A stretch of DNA of 64,000 nucleotides from Gemmatimonas sp. GTDB lineage: Bacteria; Gemmatimonadota; Gemmatimonadetes; Gemmatimonadales; Gemmatimonadaceae. Below are positions 1 to 10,168 of the stretch, piece after piece (the stretch's first letter is position 1; the number at the start of each line of letters is the position of its first letter). The translations under genes were made by a program, and so were the position numbers. The stretch is from NCBI GenBank assembly GCA_031414535.1, contig JANNVQ010000049.1, positions 1 to 64,000 of the forward strand. The letters run 5' to 3'. Under the pieces are notes generated by a model. It saw only the letters and a program-made list of their open reading frames with translations. It had not been told where the DNA came from and ran no database searches.

Positions 1-47
1 ACCCGTTTTGGCAAGGGGTTTGGGTCGCGCGCATACCCTATTCGCAC

Positions 48-85
48 AAAAAAAATCGGGGCGGCGCACGTGGGGGGCCGCCCCG
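48..85 (-). terminator. Intrinsic terminator downstream of the 91..582 gene
   Basis: Stem CGGGGCGGC (57-65) / GCCGCCCCG (77-85), followed on the minus strand by a T-run (A-run at 48-55). Confidence 0.75.
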
Positions 86-90
86 CTTCT

Positions 91-582
91 TCACTTGAAG
101 AGCTGGGCGTGCCAACTCTCGCGCGCCGAACGCTCGAAGCGCTCTCTATAGGCCTCGAGCGTGGTCACCGTTGTGTCGAACACCAACGTCTCCGGTGAGA
201 GATCGCCGGTTTTGGCCATGAACTCGAAGTCCGGCAGCGGCAGGCAGTGCACGAGGCCCACCTCGTCGCGGAAATACACATTACCGCCACCGACCATCGA
301 CGTGCCAATCCCCTCCTCGGCCTGAACCAAGAGCCGAAACAGCCCGTCAATCGAGCAGCCCGACGCCCCCGCTGCGGCCTCGTCTACCGCGATGATCAAG
401 AAGTACTCATCGCGAAACAGGCGCCCACACGTCAGCGGCGTTCCGTGCGCCTTCCAGTCCTTCAGAAAGCGGTCCACCACAGCCATCAGCCGCGGTGCAT
501 CTACTTCGTCGAGAGCAGCGCGCGCGCCAAATACCCAGCAACGGGAGTCATCGGGAAGTGAATCGAGAGGAACAATCGGCAT
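91..582 (-). CDS. Conserved hypothetical protein
   Basis: 163 aa ORF with host-like codon usage; WxAHG and ASGCSID motifs resemble a widespread uncharacterised family; followed by a terminator. Confidence 0.7.
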   Translation of the reverse strand: MPIVPLDSLPDDSRCWVFGARAALDEVDAPRLMAVVDRFLKDWKAHGTPLTCGRLFRDEYFLIIAVDEAAAGASGCSIDGLFRLLVQAEEGIGTSMVGGGNVYFRDEVGLVHCLPLPDFEFMAKTGDLSPETLVFDTTVTTLEAYRERFERSARESWHAQLFK

Positions 583-665
583 AGCGAAGTAAAGTGCAGA
601 GCGGCGGAATTGCCGGAACGAAATCTATCCGACTCGCGCCCTGATAGTTCGTGCAGCGAGAACCA

Positions 666-826
666 CAACGGCAATCACCACGGAGCCACGGAGGCTCGGA
701 GAACCACAGAAGCAAGCAGCAGCACTGAGGGGGTCCGCATCGGAGACTTCAGTGCGGACCCCCTTAAAGTATTTGCTTCCTTTCGCCCTTCTCCGCGTCT
801 CCGTGCCTCCGTGGTGATTGCAGTTG
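666..826. repeat. Long palindromic intergenic element (REP/MITE-like), copy 1
   Basis: 38-bp imperfect terminal inverted repeats (666-703 / 789-826, core CACCACGGAGnCACGGAG) and an internal hairpin GGGGGTCCGCA/TGCGGACCCCC (729-763). Confidence 0.85.
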
Positions 827-830
827 GCAG

Positions 831-2246
831 TTAAAGCAGCCCAAGCTCAAACCGAAGAGCAGACGCCAACGACGGATGCGCAAACGAGAACCCGCTCGCC
901 TCAAGCGCCCGAGGCATCACCCGCTGACTCGCGAGAATCGTCCCCTCCGCCATCTCGCCAAACAGCGCCTTCAGCGCAAAGCCCGGCACCGGGAACAGAT
1001 GCGGACGCCCCAACACGCGCGCCAGCGTCGCCGCGAACGTCGCCGCAGTCACCGGCTCCGGCGCCACAAGATTCACCGCGCCACGCACGGCATCCGTCAA
1101 CAGCGCGTGATGCACCGCGCCTATCCAATCTTCGCGGCTGATCCAACTCATCCACTGCTTCCCGCTGCCGAGCTTGCCGCCCACGCCCGCCTGGAACGGC
1201 AACAACATCTTGCCCAGCGCACCACCCGCTGGATTCAGCACGATGCCCGTACGCAGGTGTACAACACGAACTCCGGCCGCAGCCGCCGCAGCGGTTGCGC
1301 CTTCCCACTCCTTGCCCACCTCGGCCAGAAAATCACTCCCGAGCGAAGACGACTCATCAAGCAGTTCATCGCCGCGGCTGCCGTAGATGCCAATCGCCGA
1401 GCCGCTCAATAACACGCGAGGCTTCACCGCAAGCTTTGCAATCGTCTCCGAAATCAAGCGCGTGCTCTGCAAACGACTCTCGCGAATCGCCTTCTTATGC
1501 TCCGGCGTCCAACGCTCCGCCACGGACGCGCCGGCCAGATGAATCACCGCGTCTACACCCTCGAGCGCCCGCGCATCCAGCTGACCGCGAGATGGATCCC
1601 AAGAAAAATCATTGCCCGCGCCGCGTCCAATGCGCACAACCGTGTGCCCGCCAGTCGTCAGGAACGCCGCCAGCGAAACACCGAGAAACCCACTCGCACC
1701 CGTGATTGCAATACGCATCGGCCCGGCCGAGGCAAACAATGCATGACGCGCCAGATCTAAACGCGTCTGCTCATGCCGCCACTTGAGCAAGCGCTCAAGC
1801 TTGTCCCGCGTGAACCAGCCTGCGACCGCTTCGCCAAACGGCGGCAACGGCAACGCGAACGTGATGCGATCATCCAACACGGAAGTCGTCACGTTCACCA
1901 CCTCCATCTTGTGGATGTGCTCCCAGTGCGCGAACGGGCCGCTGCGCTGCACATCACGGAACTCGCGGCCGGCGACATACCCCACGTGCTCCATCTCCCA
2001 CTTGGTCGTCACGGGGCCAACCGGGATACCGAGCACCACGCGCGAGCCGTCCGTGATGCCTCCGCTACGCGACAGCACCTTGGCGGGCATGAACCCCGGC
2101 GTCAGTCGCTCAAACGCGCCCGGGCGCTCATGCCAGGCAAACAGGGCCTCGGCGCTTACTGGCATTTCACTGCGCAGTTGCACCACCGTGCCTTTGGCAC
2201 TGCCCTGCGCCGACGCTACTGCGGTGGATTGTCCACCACTCTCCAT
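831..2246 (-). CDS. TIGR01777-family NAD-dependent epimerase with N-terminal SRPBCC (cyclase-like) domain
   Basis: ITGASGFLG Rossmann motif, VIHLAG and GSGKQWMSWI motifs; N-terminal FAWHERPGAFERL and GPFAHWEHIH region; start uncertain. Confidence 0.85.
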   Translation of the reverse strand: MESGGQSTAVASAQGSAKGTVVQLRSEMPVSAEALFAWHERPGAFERLTPGFMPAKVLSRSGGITDGSRVVLGIPVGPVTTKWEMEHVGYVAGREFRDVQRSGPFAHWEHIHKMEVVNVTTSVLDDRITFALPLPPFGEAVAGWFTRDKLERLLKWRHEQTRLDLARHALFASAGPMRIAITGASGFLGVSLAAFLTTGGHTVVRIGRGAGNDFSWDPSRGQLDARALEGVDAVIHLAGASVAERWTPEHKKAIRESRLQSTRLISETIAKLAVKPRVLLSGSAIGIYGSRGDELLDESSSLGSDFLAEVGKEWEGATAAAAAAGVRVVHLRTGIVLNPAGGALGKMLLPFQAGVGGKLGSGKQWMSWISREDWIGAVHHALLTDAVRGAVNLVAPEPVTAATFAATLARVLGRPHLFPVPGFALKALFGEMAEGTILASQRVMPRALEASGFSFAHPSLASALRFELGLL

Positions 2247-2836
2247 AGATACCACGAGGCCACCGTCCTATAAGGAGCCCACTTCGCGCCGATCTTCGCC
2301 ACGCGATCAGGCTTGGGATGCGTTCGCAATCCATACAAGCGCTTGATGCCGGTCTGCACGCCAAGGTCGAGCGTTGGCAACACGTCGGGCCGGCCCAAAC
2401 GGAACATCAAGAACATCTGCGCCGTCCACTCACCCACACCGCGCACCGCGGTCAAAGTCTCAATCACTTCGTGGTCGGGCATTTCATCCACACGAGCGAG
2501 TGGAATCCGCCCCGACTTCACGTCTGCCGCCAACCCCAGCAAATATTCAGCTTTGCGCTCGGACAGCCCCACCGCGCGCAACACCGGCTGCTTCACCTTG
2601 AGCAGTTCCTTCGGTTCCGGCGACCGTCCGCCGAACAAGGCTTCAAAGCGCCCATGGATGGTGCCAGCTGCCTTACCACTCAATTGCTGATACACAATTG
2701 AACGCGCGACTGCCGCGAAGTGTGTCCCGCTACGCTCGCGAGTGAGCGAACACGGCCCAGCTAGAGCAATCCAGCCGCCGAGCACTGGGTCGGCTTCTGT
2801 AAGATGTGCGATGGCCTTCGCGTGGCGTGGAGGCAT
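2216..2836 (-). CDS. alkA: DNA-3-methyladenine glycosylase II (HhH-GPD family)
   Basis: IVYQQLSGKAA, HhH motif VRGVGEWTA, DLGV, WAPYRTVA. Confidence 0.85.
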   Translation of the reverse strand: MPPRHAKAIAHLTEADPVLGGWIALAGPCSLTRERSGTHFAAVARSIVYQQLSGKAAGTIHGRFEALFGGRSPEPKELLKVKQPVLRAVGLSERKAEYLLGLAADVKSGRIPLARVDEMPDHEVIETLTAVRGVGEWTAQMFLMFRLGRPDVLPTLDLGVQTGIKRLYGLRTHPKPDRVAKIGAKWAPYRTVASWYLWRVVDNPPQ

Positions 2837-2862
2837 GCGTTCAAGTTACCTTCTGCCCTGTA

Positions 2863-4230
2863 ATGGCCACCATCCTCTGTGTGGACGACGAACCCGCAGT
2901 CGGGCAGCTACTCGGTCATATGATCGAGCAGGCTGGCCATCACGCGGTTGGCGCCAAGTCCGTACACGAAGCCCTGCAGGTCCTCGCCCGCGAGCGCGTG
3001 GACCTCGTGATTTCCGATCACCAGATGCCCGGCCTCACCGGACTCGACCTGCTCGACTTGATGAAGGTCGAGAGCTACGACATCCCGCTCATCATCCTCA
3101 CGGGATTCGCCAGCATCGAACACGCCGTCTCAGCCATCAAAGCCGGCGCCGTGGATTACATCACGAAGCCGGTGGACGCGCGTCACGTCGAGATTGCCGT
3201 CGAACAGGCCCTCAAGGTCCAACGCCTGCGCCGCGAGAACGCCGCGCTGCGTGACGAAGTCATCGCCCTGCGCCAGAATCACCAGATCGTCGGTGATAGC
3301 CCAGCCATCCACCGCGCGCTCGATGAAGTCGCGATGGCCTCACCCACCCGCGCCACCGTCCTGCTACTCGGCGAAAGCGGCACCGGCAAAGAGCTCTTCG
3401 CCCGCGCCATCCACGAGCAAAGCAATCGCCGCGACCAGCCCTTCATCAAGATCAACTGCGCCGCCATCCCTGAAGGCCTCATTGAAAGCGCGCTCTTCGG
3501 TCATGAGAAGGGCGCCTTCACCGGCGCCATCAAACGCGTAGAAGGGGCCTTCGAACGCGCTGACCGCGGCACCCTCCTGCTCGACGAAATCTCGGAGATG
3601 CGGCTCGACCTCCAAGCCAAGTTGCTCCGTGTGCTTCAAGAAGGTGAGTTTGAGCGCGTCGGCGGCGAAACGCCCATCAAAGTGGACGTGCGCATCATTG
3701 CCACCTCCAACCGCGACCTCGCCGACGACGCATCAGCAGGTCGGTTCCGCCAGGATCTGTACTTTCGCCTCAGCGTAATCCCGGTTCACATTCCGCCGCT
3801 GCGTGAGCGTGCGTCCGACATCCCGATGCTCGCCATGCGTTTCGCGGTACGCGCAGCGCAGGAATACAAAAAGGACATCCAAGGCATCGCGCCCGACGCC
3901 ATGGAATGGCTGCGCGTGCAGCCCTGGCCGGGCAACGTGCGTGAGCTCCAACACCTCGTCGAACGCGCCGTCGTGCTCTCGCGCGAACAAATCCTCCCGT
4001 TCAGCGCCTTCACCGGCAGCGATCGTCGCGCCACGCCCTCGGTGGCATTGCTCGCCGCACCCCAAGACGACGGCAACGTCCTGCTGCGCTCCCTGAACAT
4101 CGCCGCAGCAGAAGAACGCCTGATCGAGGCGGCACTCGCACGCACGGAAGGCAACCGCACCAAGGCCGCCGAGTTGCTAGGGATTTCCATTCGCACCCTT
4201 CGAGCGCGCCTCAACTCGCCCGGCGACTAG
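2863..4230 (+). CDS. Sigma54-dependent response regulator (NtrC/AtoC family: REC-AAA+-Fis HTH)
   Basis: VDDE receiver start, GESGTGKE, GAFTGA, LLDEI, WPGNVREL, C-terminal AAELLGIS HTH. Confidence 0.95.
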   Translation: MATILCVDDEPAVGQLLGHMIEQAGHHAVGAKSVHEALQVLARERVDLVISDHQMPGLTGLDLLDLMKVESYDIPLIILTGFASIEHAVSAIKAGAVDYITKPVDARHVEIAVEQALKVQRLRRENAALRDEVIALRQNHQIVGDSPAIHRALDEVAMASPTRATVLLLGESGTGKELFARAIHEQSNRRDQPFIKINCAAIPEGLIESALFGHEKGAFTGAIKRVEGAFERADRGTLLLDEISEMRLDLQAKLLRVLQEGEFERVGGETPIKVDVRIIATSNRDLADDASAGRFRQDLYFRLSVIPVHIPPLRERASDIPMLAMRFAVRAAQEYKKDIQGIAPDAMEWLRVQPWPGNVRELQHLVERAVVLSREQILPFSAFTGSDRRATPSVALLAAPQDDGNVLLRSLNIAAAEERLIEAALARTEGNRTKAAELLGISIRTLRARLNSPGD

Positions 4231-4260
4231 TCCACCCACAAAGCACGACTCACTCTACTC

Positions 4261-4290
4261 GGCGAAAACTTCCGCTCGGCGAAAATTGCC
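4261..4290 (+). promoter_or_regulatory. Tandem 13-bp boxes, putative enhancer-binding-protein site upstream of the FliA-like gene
   Basis: GGCGAAAACTTCC-gctc-GGCGAAAATTGCC; near-identical to 5140-5169. Confidence 0.7.
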
Positions 4291-4356
4291 GGGCGTTTTT
4301 CGTTGTTGTGCTCTCTTTAACTGCATACTCTGCAAAGACTTATGTAAAAAAGCGTG

Positions 4357-4372
4357 CGGCACGATTCGTGAA
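4357..4372 (+). promoter_or_regulatory. Putative sigma54 -24/-12 promoter
   Basis: CGGCACG-ATTC-GTGAA versus consensus TGGCACG-N4-TTGCW; 97 bp from the start of the tandem boxes to the GG. Confidence 0.65.
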
Positions 4373-4411
4373 CTCCCCTAATCGCGGACAACCACGCCTC
4401 GGAGCCTTCAA

Positions 4412-5122
4412 ATGTCTCTCACTCGCGACGACCTCGTGCAACGCCACGTAGGCCTCGTGCACTATTTGGCCCGTCGGATGCACAGCAACCTCGCCGACGA
4501 TGCCGACCTCGATGAACTCACGAGCGCCGGAATGCTCGGCTTACTCGCCGCCGCCGAAGGCTTCGAGCCAGCCCGAGGATTGTCCTTCAGTACCTACGCT
4601 GCCGCACGCATTCGCGGCGCCATGCTCGATGAACTGCGGCGCATTGATCCACTCACGCGCACCGGGCGCGAACGCGCACGCCGACTCGAACACACCCGCG
4701 ATCGGCTCGCGCAGGCGCTGCATCGCCGCCCCACCGTCCACGAACTCGCCGCCGCACTCAACACCGACTCGGGTGGACTCCTCACCTGGGAACGCGAGTC
4801 CCGCGAAGGTGCTCACATCAGTCTCGAAGCCCCGACGCAAACCGGGCACGGCCGCGGCCCTTCACGGAGCGACCTACTGCCGGCCATCGAACAGGATCTC
4901 GACCTCGAGCTCGATCGCGAGCGCGAACGCGAGCGCCTCCGAGAAGCCCTGCACTCCCTCGACCGCGATGCCCTCGAAGTCCTCGTGCTCTCCTTCTTCG
5001 AAGACCGTACCCTCCGAGAAATCGCTCCGCGTTTGGGCGTGACAGAATCTGGCGTGAGCCGAATCCGCTCACGCGCCATCCGCCAGTTGCGTCAGCGCCT
5101 AAGCTCGCACACCGTTGCCTAA
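4412..5122 (+). CDS. FliA/WhiG-family (sigma-28-like) RNA polymerase sigma factor
   Basis: FSTYAAARIRGAMLDELRRID region 2, region 4 LREIAPRLGVTESGVSRI; GGAG RBS. Confidence 0.9.
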   Translation: MSLTRDDLVQRHVGLVHYLARRMHSNLADDADLDELTSAGMLGLLAAAEGFEPARGLSFSTYAAARIRGAMLDELRRIDPLTRTGRERARRLEHTRDRLAQALHRRPTVHELAAALNTDSGGLLTWERESREGAHISLEAPTQTGHGRGPSRSDLLPAIEQDLDLELDRERERERLREALHSLDRDALEVLVLSFFEDRTLREIAPRLGVTESGVSRIRSRAIRQLRQRLSSHTVA

Positions 5123-5139
5123 CTAGGCAATTACTACTA

Positions 5140-5169
5140 GGCGAAAATCGCCGCTCGGCGAAAATCGCC
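5140..5169 (+). promoter_or_regulatory. Tandem 13-bp boxes, putative enhancer-binding-protein site upstream of the secreted-protein gene
   Basis: GGCGAAAATCGCC-gctc-GGCGAAAATCGCC; each box is an imperfect palindrome, 17-bp period. Confidence 0.7.
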
Positions 5170-5237
5170 TAGCATTTTGCTCTGTGGAATAGCCGTGTAA
5201 AGCATTGCAAATAAACAACATACGACAAAAAGGAGAG

Positions 5238-5253
5238 CGGCACGAAAAGTGAA
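5238..5253 (+). promoter_or_regulatory. Putative sigma54 -24/-12 promoter
   Basis: CGGCACG-AAAA-GTGAA; 99 bp from the start of the tandem boxes to the GG. Confidence 0.65.
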
Positions 5254-5285
5254 ATAGTAGGGGTCAGCACTCAACGGAGATCAAT

Positions 5286-5714
5286 ATGCGGACCCTCACT
5301 CTCACGCTCGCAGCGGCACTCTTCCTCGCCGCCCCAGTCGCAGCCCAAAACACCGCCTTGGTGGCTGGCCGCGGTCGCGCAGTGGTTCGCATCGAAGCAA
5401 ACCTCACGATTCCTACCTACCTGCACGCGGCCGAAACGCAGGCCCTGACCGAAACGTGGAAGGGCACCGGATACACCGAGTACCTGGCCACGTACACGGT
5501 TCGCGCCAACACTCGCTGGGATCTGGTCACCACGGCAACGCCCGAAGGCGTGACCCTCCTCGCCCAGAATGGCGAGTGGACCACTGGCAACACGACCATC
5601 GGCAACGGCGACGTCACCAACGGCGCCACCATCTTGGTTCGTGTCCGCGTGGCCAACGGAACCGCCGCCGCCTGGCGTGACCAGCTGCAGCTCGACGCGG
5701 TGCGCGGCTTCTAA
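5286..5714 (+). CDS. Secreted hypothetical protein, beta-rich and Thr-rich
   Basis: Signal peptide MRTLTLTLAAALFLAAPVAA-Q, GGAGA RBS, strongly biased codons. Confidence 0.8.
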   Translation: MRTLTLTLAAALFLAAPVAAQNTALVAGRGRAVVRIEANLTIPTYLHAAETQALTETWKGTGYTEYLATYTVRANTRWDLVTTATPEGVTLLAQNGEWTTGNTTIGNGDVTNGATILVRVRVANGTAAAWRDQLQLDAVRGF

Positions 5715-5720
5715 CGGCGG

Positions 5721-6386
5721 CTAAACCCGCGCCGTTGCCTTTGTCAGTCCGGGCAACGCCAGCGTGAGCACGACGTGCTCGCCGGGTGCGGCCCCGCAGA
5801 GCGCCGAGCCCCCAGCACGCTCCGCCGCCGCCGCCAGAGCCGCGAACTCCGCGCTCGCCCTGACGCCATCAACCGTGCCGGGCGAGCTCACCGACACCAC
5901 CGTCTCGTCACCCACGCGCGCGATGACCCCTTCCACCGTCGCCTTCCCTGCTCCCACAGACGCGGCCAGATAGGCCAGCACCGCGAACCGCATAGCGTCC
6001 CCCGGCCAGAGCAACACTGGCTCAACGTCACCGGACTCTTGGGGCGCCTCGAAGTGCACATGCCGAGCATCCAGGTGATACGCGAGCAGTGCCGCCGCGA
6101 GCTGCAGCGCCTCACCCATCCGCGCCGGATCCCGCCGTGCGGCTCGCCCGGCCAGCACCGAACGGAACAAGCCCATGAGCGAACGCAGCTTCTCCACCTC
6201 GCCCGACAACTGCTGCATGCCTTCGTCGCCCGTGGAGAGCTGCGCCTCGTAGAGCTGCGAGATTCCGCTGAGCGCCGCCACGCGATTGTTGCAGGCGTGA
6301 ACAAGACCCTGCATCAGCGCATCCTGCACCGGCGCCCACTCCGAGACCTCAAACACGGAATGAGCGCCCCGCCCTTGCATCGTCAT
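5721..6386 (-). CDS. Degenerate histidine kinase / phosphotransferase-like protein
   Basis: H-box-like GLVHACNNRVAALSG helix pair followed by an HATPase-shaped C-terminus lacking N and G boxes; GAGGTGG RBS. Confidence 0.55.
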   Translation of the reverse strand: MTMQGRGAHSVFEVSEWAPVQDALMQGLVHACNNRVAALSGISQLYEAQLSTGDEGMQQLSGEVEKLRSLMGLFRSVLAGRAARRDPARMGEALQLAAALLAYHLDARHVHFEAPQESGDVEPVLLWPGDAMRFAVLAYLAASVGAGKATVEGVIARVGDETVVSVSSPGTVDGVRASAEFAALAAAAERAGGSALCGAAPGEHVVLTLALPGLTKATARV

Positions 6387-6647
6387 GCGACCACCTCAAA
6401 CATCTCGCGCCGCGTTCCCAGTGATAGGAAGGCTCGAGTCCACAACACACGAATCATGAGTAGCCATTGCTCGTAGTATCGGACGCGCATCGCTCTATCG
6501 GCGCTCGGGTAGATGCTCACCTTCGCAAGCTAGGCTCAGTCCAAGCCGCGAGCCAGTGATGGTCGCTACATTCAGGGGCGGCCCAAGCTCTGCGAGGGTC
6601 CGCGCGGCCCCCAGGCCGCCGCCGAGTTCCTCTACATCGGAGTACGA

Positions 6648-8972
6648 ATGCGGATCACCAAAGTCGGCGTGATTGGCGCCGGCGCCATGGGAGCGGGCAT
6701 CGCCGCGCTCGCAGCCTCAGCTGGCCTCTCCGTCGTCCTGCTCGACATTCCGGGCCACGACGACCCCAAACATCCCGACCGCTCCAAGCCTGCCCGCGAT
6801 GGGCTGGACCGCGTACGGAAGAGCAAGCCCGCGGCCTTCATGGATGCCAAGGCCGCCGCGCTCATCACGACCGGCAACACCACCGATCACCTCGCGCTCC
6901 TCGCCGATTGTTCGTGGATCTGCGAAGCCATCATCGAGAAGCCCGCGCCCAAGCAGGAACTCTTCGCGAAGTTGGAAAAACTCGCCCCCGACGCCGTCGT
7001 CACCTCGAATACCTCAGGTATTCCAATGGCCATCCTGCTCGAGGGCCGCACCCCGCGCTTCCGCCAACGCTTCCTCGGCACGCACTACTTCAATCCCCCG
7101 CGCTACATGCATCTGCTCGAGCTCATTCCCACGAGCGAGACGGATCCCGCGGTGCTCTCCGGCATGCAGCACTTCCAGGAGCGCGTACTCGGCAAGGGCA
7201 TCGTGCTCGCCAAGGATGTGCCCGGCTTCGTTGCGAACAGACTCGGCGTGCACGGCATGGTCGTCGCAGGGCGCTTGATGGTGCAACACGATCTGTCGAT
7301 TCCCGCCGTGGACACGCTCACTGGCGCTTTCATTGGCCGCGCCAAGACCGCCACCTTCCGCACCGGCGATCTCTCGGGCCTCGACGTGCTCGTGCATGTC
7401 ACCGCTGGCCTTTCACAGACCACGGGCGAAGATCTCTCGCTCGTACCCTTCGTGCATGAGATCGTGAAGCAAGGCCGGCTCGGCGATAAGACCAAGCAAG
7501 GCTTCTATAAGAAGGACGCCAAGGACATCCTCGCGCTCAACTGGAAGACGCTCGAGTACGAGAACGTCGGCCGCTACGGAACGCCGGAGATTGACGCTAT
7601 CGCCAAACAGCCGCTCGCCGCGCGTATGCGTGCCGCGCGTGATCTCGCTGGCAAGGACGGTGACTTCCTACGTGATTTGCTTGTTGAGCAGTGCCACTAC
7701 GCCTGCTCGCTCGTGCCGCAGCTCGCATACGACATCGTGGCCGTAGACCGCGCGATGGAGTGGGGCTACGGCTGGGAAGTCGGCCCCTTCCGCGCGATGG
7801 ATGCCTTTGGGCTCGACTGGCTGCGCGGCGAGATGACGAAGCGTGGCAAGACCGTGCCGCCGCTGCTCGAGAAGGCTGGCGCGAATTTCTACGATGAGTC
7901 TGCCGCCACGCCGACCATCCCCGCGCTCGATGCGGCGAAGCGCGTTCCTGTACCACCGGTGCCCGGCCAGATCTTGCTCGGTAACCTGCGACGGGCCGGC
8001 AAGGTAGTTAAGGAGAACGCCGAGGCCCGCGTGATCGACCTCGGCCATGACGTCGCCTGCCTTGAGTTCTGCGGCAAGATGAACACGCTCGGCGTCGGCG
8101 TGATGGACCTCGCCGAATGGACGCTCGATTACGCTGTCAAGAACGGCCTCGCTGGACTCGTCATCGGCAACGACGACCCACGCACCTTCACGGCCGGTGC
8201 CAATCTCGCTGGCCCACGGAAACTGCTCGAGCAGGGCGATTGGAAATCACTTGAGACGCTCACCAAGCGCTTCCAAGACACGGTGATGTCCTTCCGCTTC
8301 GCGCCGATTCCCGTGGTCGCCGCGCCCTTTGGCCTCACACTCGGCGGCGGCGCGGAAATCTCGCTGCACTGCGATCGCATTCAAGCGCACGCCGAGTTGT
8401 ATATGGGATTGGTGGAAGTCGGCGTGGGTTTGATTCCTGGCGGCGGCGGTACCAAGGAGCTCGCGTTCCGCTTCACGAACGCGCTGTCGCCTTACGAAGA
8501 AGCTGATCCGTTTGAGGGCTTGAAGCGCGCCTTCAAGATGATTGCACTCGCGCAGACCAGCACGAGCGCGCACGAGGCTCGCAACATGGGCTTTATGAGG
8601 CCAATGGCCGACCGCATCACGATGAACCGCGACGTGCTCATCGCCGATGCCAAGGCTCGCGTACTCGATCTCGCGCCAGACTACGTGGCGCCGGTAATGC
8701 GCCGCATGACCTCCATGGGTCGCGCCGCAGTCGCGAATCTCGACTACGCACTCTGGAGCTTCAAGGAAGCTGGGCAAGCCAGTGAGCACGACGTCCGCAT
8801 CGGACACGAGGTGGCCGTGATCCTCGCCGGTGGCGACGCGCCCGCGCGCGAAGTCACCGAGCAGGATCTCCTCGACCTCGAACGCGACGCCTTCCTCCGT
8901 CTCTTGGGCACCAAGGAGACGCAGGAGCGCATCGCGCACACCCTCACCACTGGCAAGCCGCTGCGCAACTAA
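6648..8972 (+). CDS. fadN: 3-hydroxyacyl-CoA dehydrogenase / enoyl-CoA hydratase (FadN-type)
   Basis: [23 protein letters not shown], crotonase motif [16 protein letters not shown]-terminal TGKPLRN. Confidence 0.92.
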   Translation: MRITKVGVIGAGAMGAGIAALAASAGLSVVLLDIPGHDDPKHPDRSKPARDGLDRVRKSKPAAFMDAKAAALITTGNTTDHLALLADCSWICEAIIEKPAPKQELFAKLEKLAPDAVVTSNTSGIPMAILLEGRTPRFRQRFLGTHYFNPPRYMHLLELIPTSETDPAVLSGMQHFQERVLGKGIVLAKDVPGFVANRLGVHGMVVAGRLMVQHDLSIPAVDTLTGAFIGRAKTATFRTGDLSGLDVLVHVTAGLSQTTGEDLSLVPFVHEIVKQGRLGDKTKQGFYKKDAKDILALNWKTLEYENVGRYGTPEIDAIAKQPLAARMRAARDLAGKDGDFLRDLLVEQCHYACSLVPQLAYDIVAVDRAMEWGYGWEVGPFRAMDAFGLDWLRGEMTKRGKTVPPLLEKAGANFYDESAATPTIPALDAAKRVPVPPVPGQILLGNLRRAGKVVKENAEARVIDLGHDVACLEFCGKMNTLGVGVMDLAEWTLDYAVKNGLAGLVIGNDDPRTFTAGANLAGPRKLLEQGDWKSLETLTKRFQDTVMSFRFAPIPVVAAPFGLTLGGGAEISLHCDRIQAHAELYMGLVEVGVGLIPGGGGTKELAFRFTNALSPYEEADPFEGLKRAFKMIALAQTSTSAHEARNMGFMRPMADRITMNRDVLIADAKARVLDLAPDYVAPVMRRMTSMGRAAVANLDYALWSFKEAGQASEHDVRIGHEVAVILAGGDAPAREVTEQDLLDLERDAFLRLLGTKETQERIAHTLTTGKPLRN

Positions 8973-8998
8973 GCGGCGCTCATCACGGAGATCAACCA

Positions 8999-10168
8999 AT
9001 GCAAAATGAAGTCGTGATTGTGAGCGCTGTGCGTAGCGCAGTCGCTCGTGGAAAAAAGGACGGCGCGCTCGCGAGCCTCCATCCCGTGGACCTCTCGGCG
9101 GAAGTGCTCAAGGCCGCCGTCGAGCGCATCAAGCTCGACCCCAAGCACGTGGATGATGTGATCTGGGGCTGCGCCATGCCCGAGGCCGGCCAGGGATTGA
9201 ACGTCGCGCGCCTGGCAGTGCTGCGCGCCGGATTCCCCGTGGACGTCAGCGCGATGACCATCAATCGCTTCTGCTCTAGCGGTCTGCAGAGCATCGCACT
9301 CGGTGCGCAGGCCATCATCAGCGGCATGAACGATGTGATCATCGCCGGTGGTGTGGAGATGATGAGCGCCGTGCCCATGAGCGGCTTTCACACGCGCCTG
9401 CATCCTGAGCTCACCGAAGAGAACATCGGAATGGGCTTTACCGCTGAGCGTGTGGCGAAGCGCTGGGGCATCACTCGCGAGCAGCAAGATCAGTTCGCCT
9501 TCGATAGCCAGCAGAAGGCTTCCGCCGCGATCAGCGAGGGCGTCTTTGCGCCGGAGATTGTCCCCATCAACGTGGAACGCGTGAAGTGGGAAGGCGCTAA
9601 GACGCATCGTGAGACGGTGGCCTTTGCGACTGACGAACTGCCCAGAGCCTCCACCACGCTCGAAGGACTTGGCAAGCTTCCGCCCGCGTTCAAGCCAAAG
9701 GGCTCAGTCACAGCTGGCAACGCCTCGCCGCTCAGCGATGGTGCAGCCGCCGTTGTGATGATGCGCGCCGACAAGGCCAAAGAGCTCGGTCTCAAGCCAC
9801 TCGCGCGCTTCGTGCACTTCGCCACCGCTGGCGTAGACCCCGACGTGATGGGCATCGGCCCGGTGAAGGCTGTTCCTAAAGTCCTCTCACGCGCCGGCCT
9901 CAAGCTCAGCGATATCAAGCTCATCGAGTTCAATGAGGCCTTCGCGGCGCAAGCGCTGGCCGTGATCAAGGATCTCGAGATGGACACCTCACGCATCAAC
10001 GTGAACGGCGGTGCCATCGCGCTCGGTCACCCGCTCGGTGCCACTGGTGCCAAGCTCACCGTGCAACTCGTGCACGAGCTCGGCCGCCGCGGCGGTGGGC
10101 TTGGTATGGTGACGATGTGCATCGGCGGCGGAATGGGTGCTGCCGGTTTGTTTGAGGTAGCCGGATGA
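8999..10168 (+). CDS. fadA: Acetyl-CoA C-acyltransferase (thiolase)
   Basis: [27 protein letters not shown]. Confidence 0.93.
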   Translation: MQNEVVIVSAVRSAVARGKKDGALASLHPVDLSAEVLKAAVERIKLDPKHVDDVIWGCAMPEAGQGLNVARLAVLRAGFPVDVSAMTINRFCSSGLQSIALGAQAIISGMNDVIIAGGVEMMSAVPMSGFHTRLHPELTEENIGMGFTAERVAKRWGITREQQDQFAFDSQQKASAAISEGVFAPEIVPINVERVKWEGAKTHRETVAFATDELPRASTTLEGLGKLPPAFKPKGSVTAGNASPLSDGAAAVVMMRADKAKELGLKPLARFVHFATAGVDPDVMGIGPVKAVPKVLSRAGLKLSDIKLIEFNEAFAAQALAVIKDLEMDTSRINVNGGAIALGHPLGATGAKLTVQLVHELGRRGGGLGMVTMCIGGGMGAAGLFEVAG

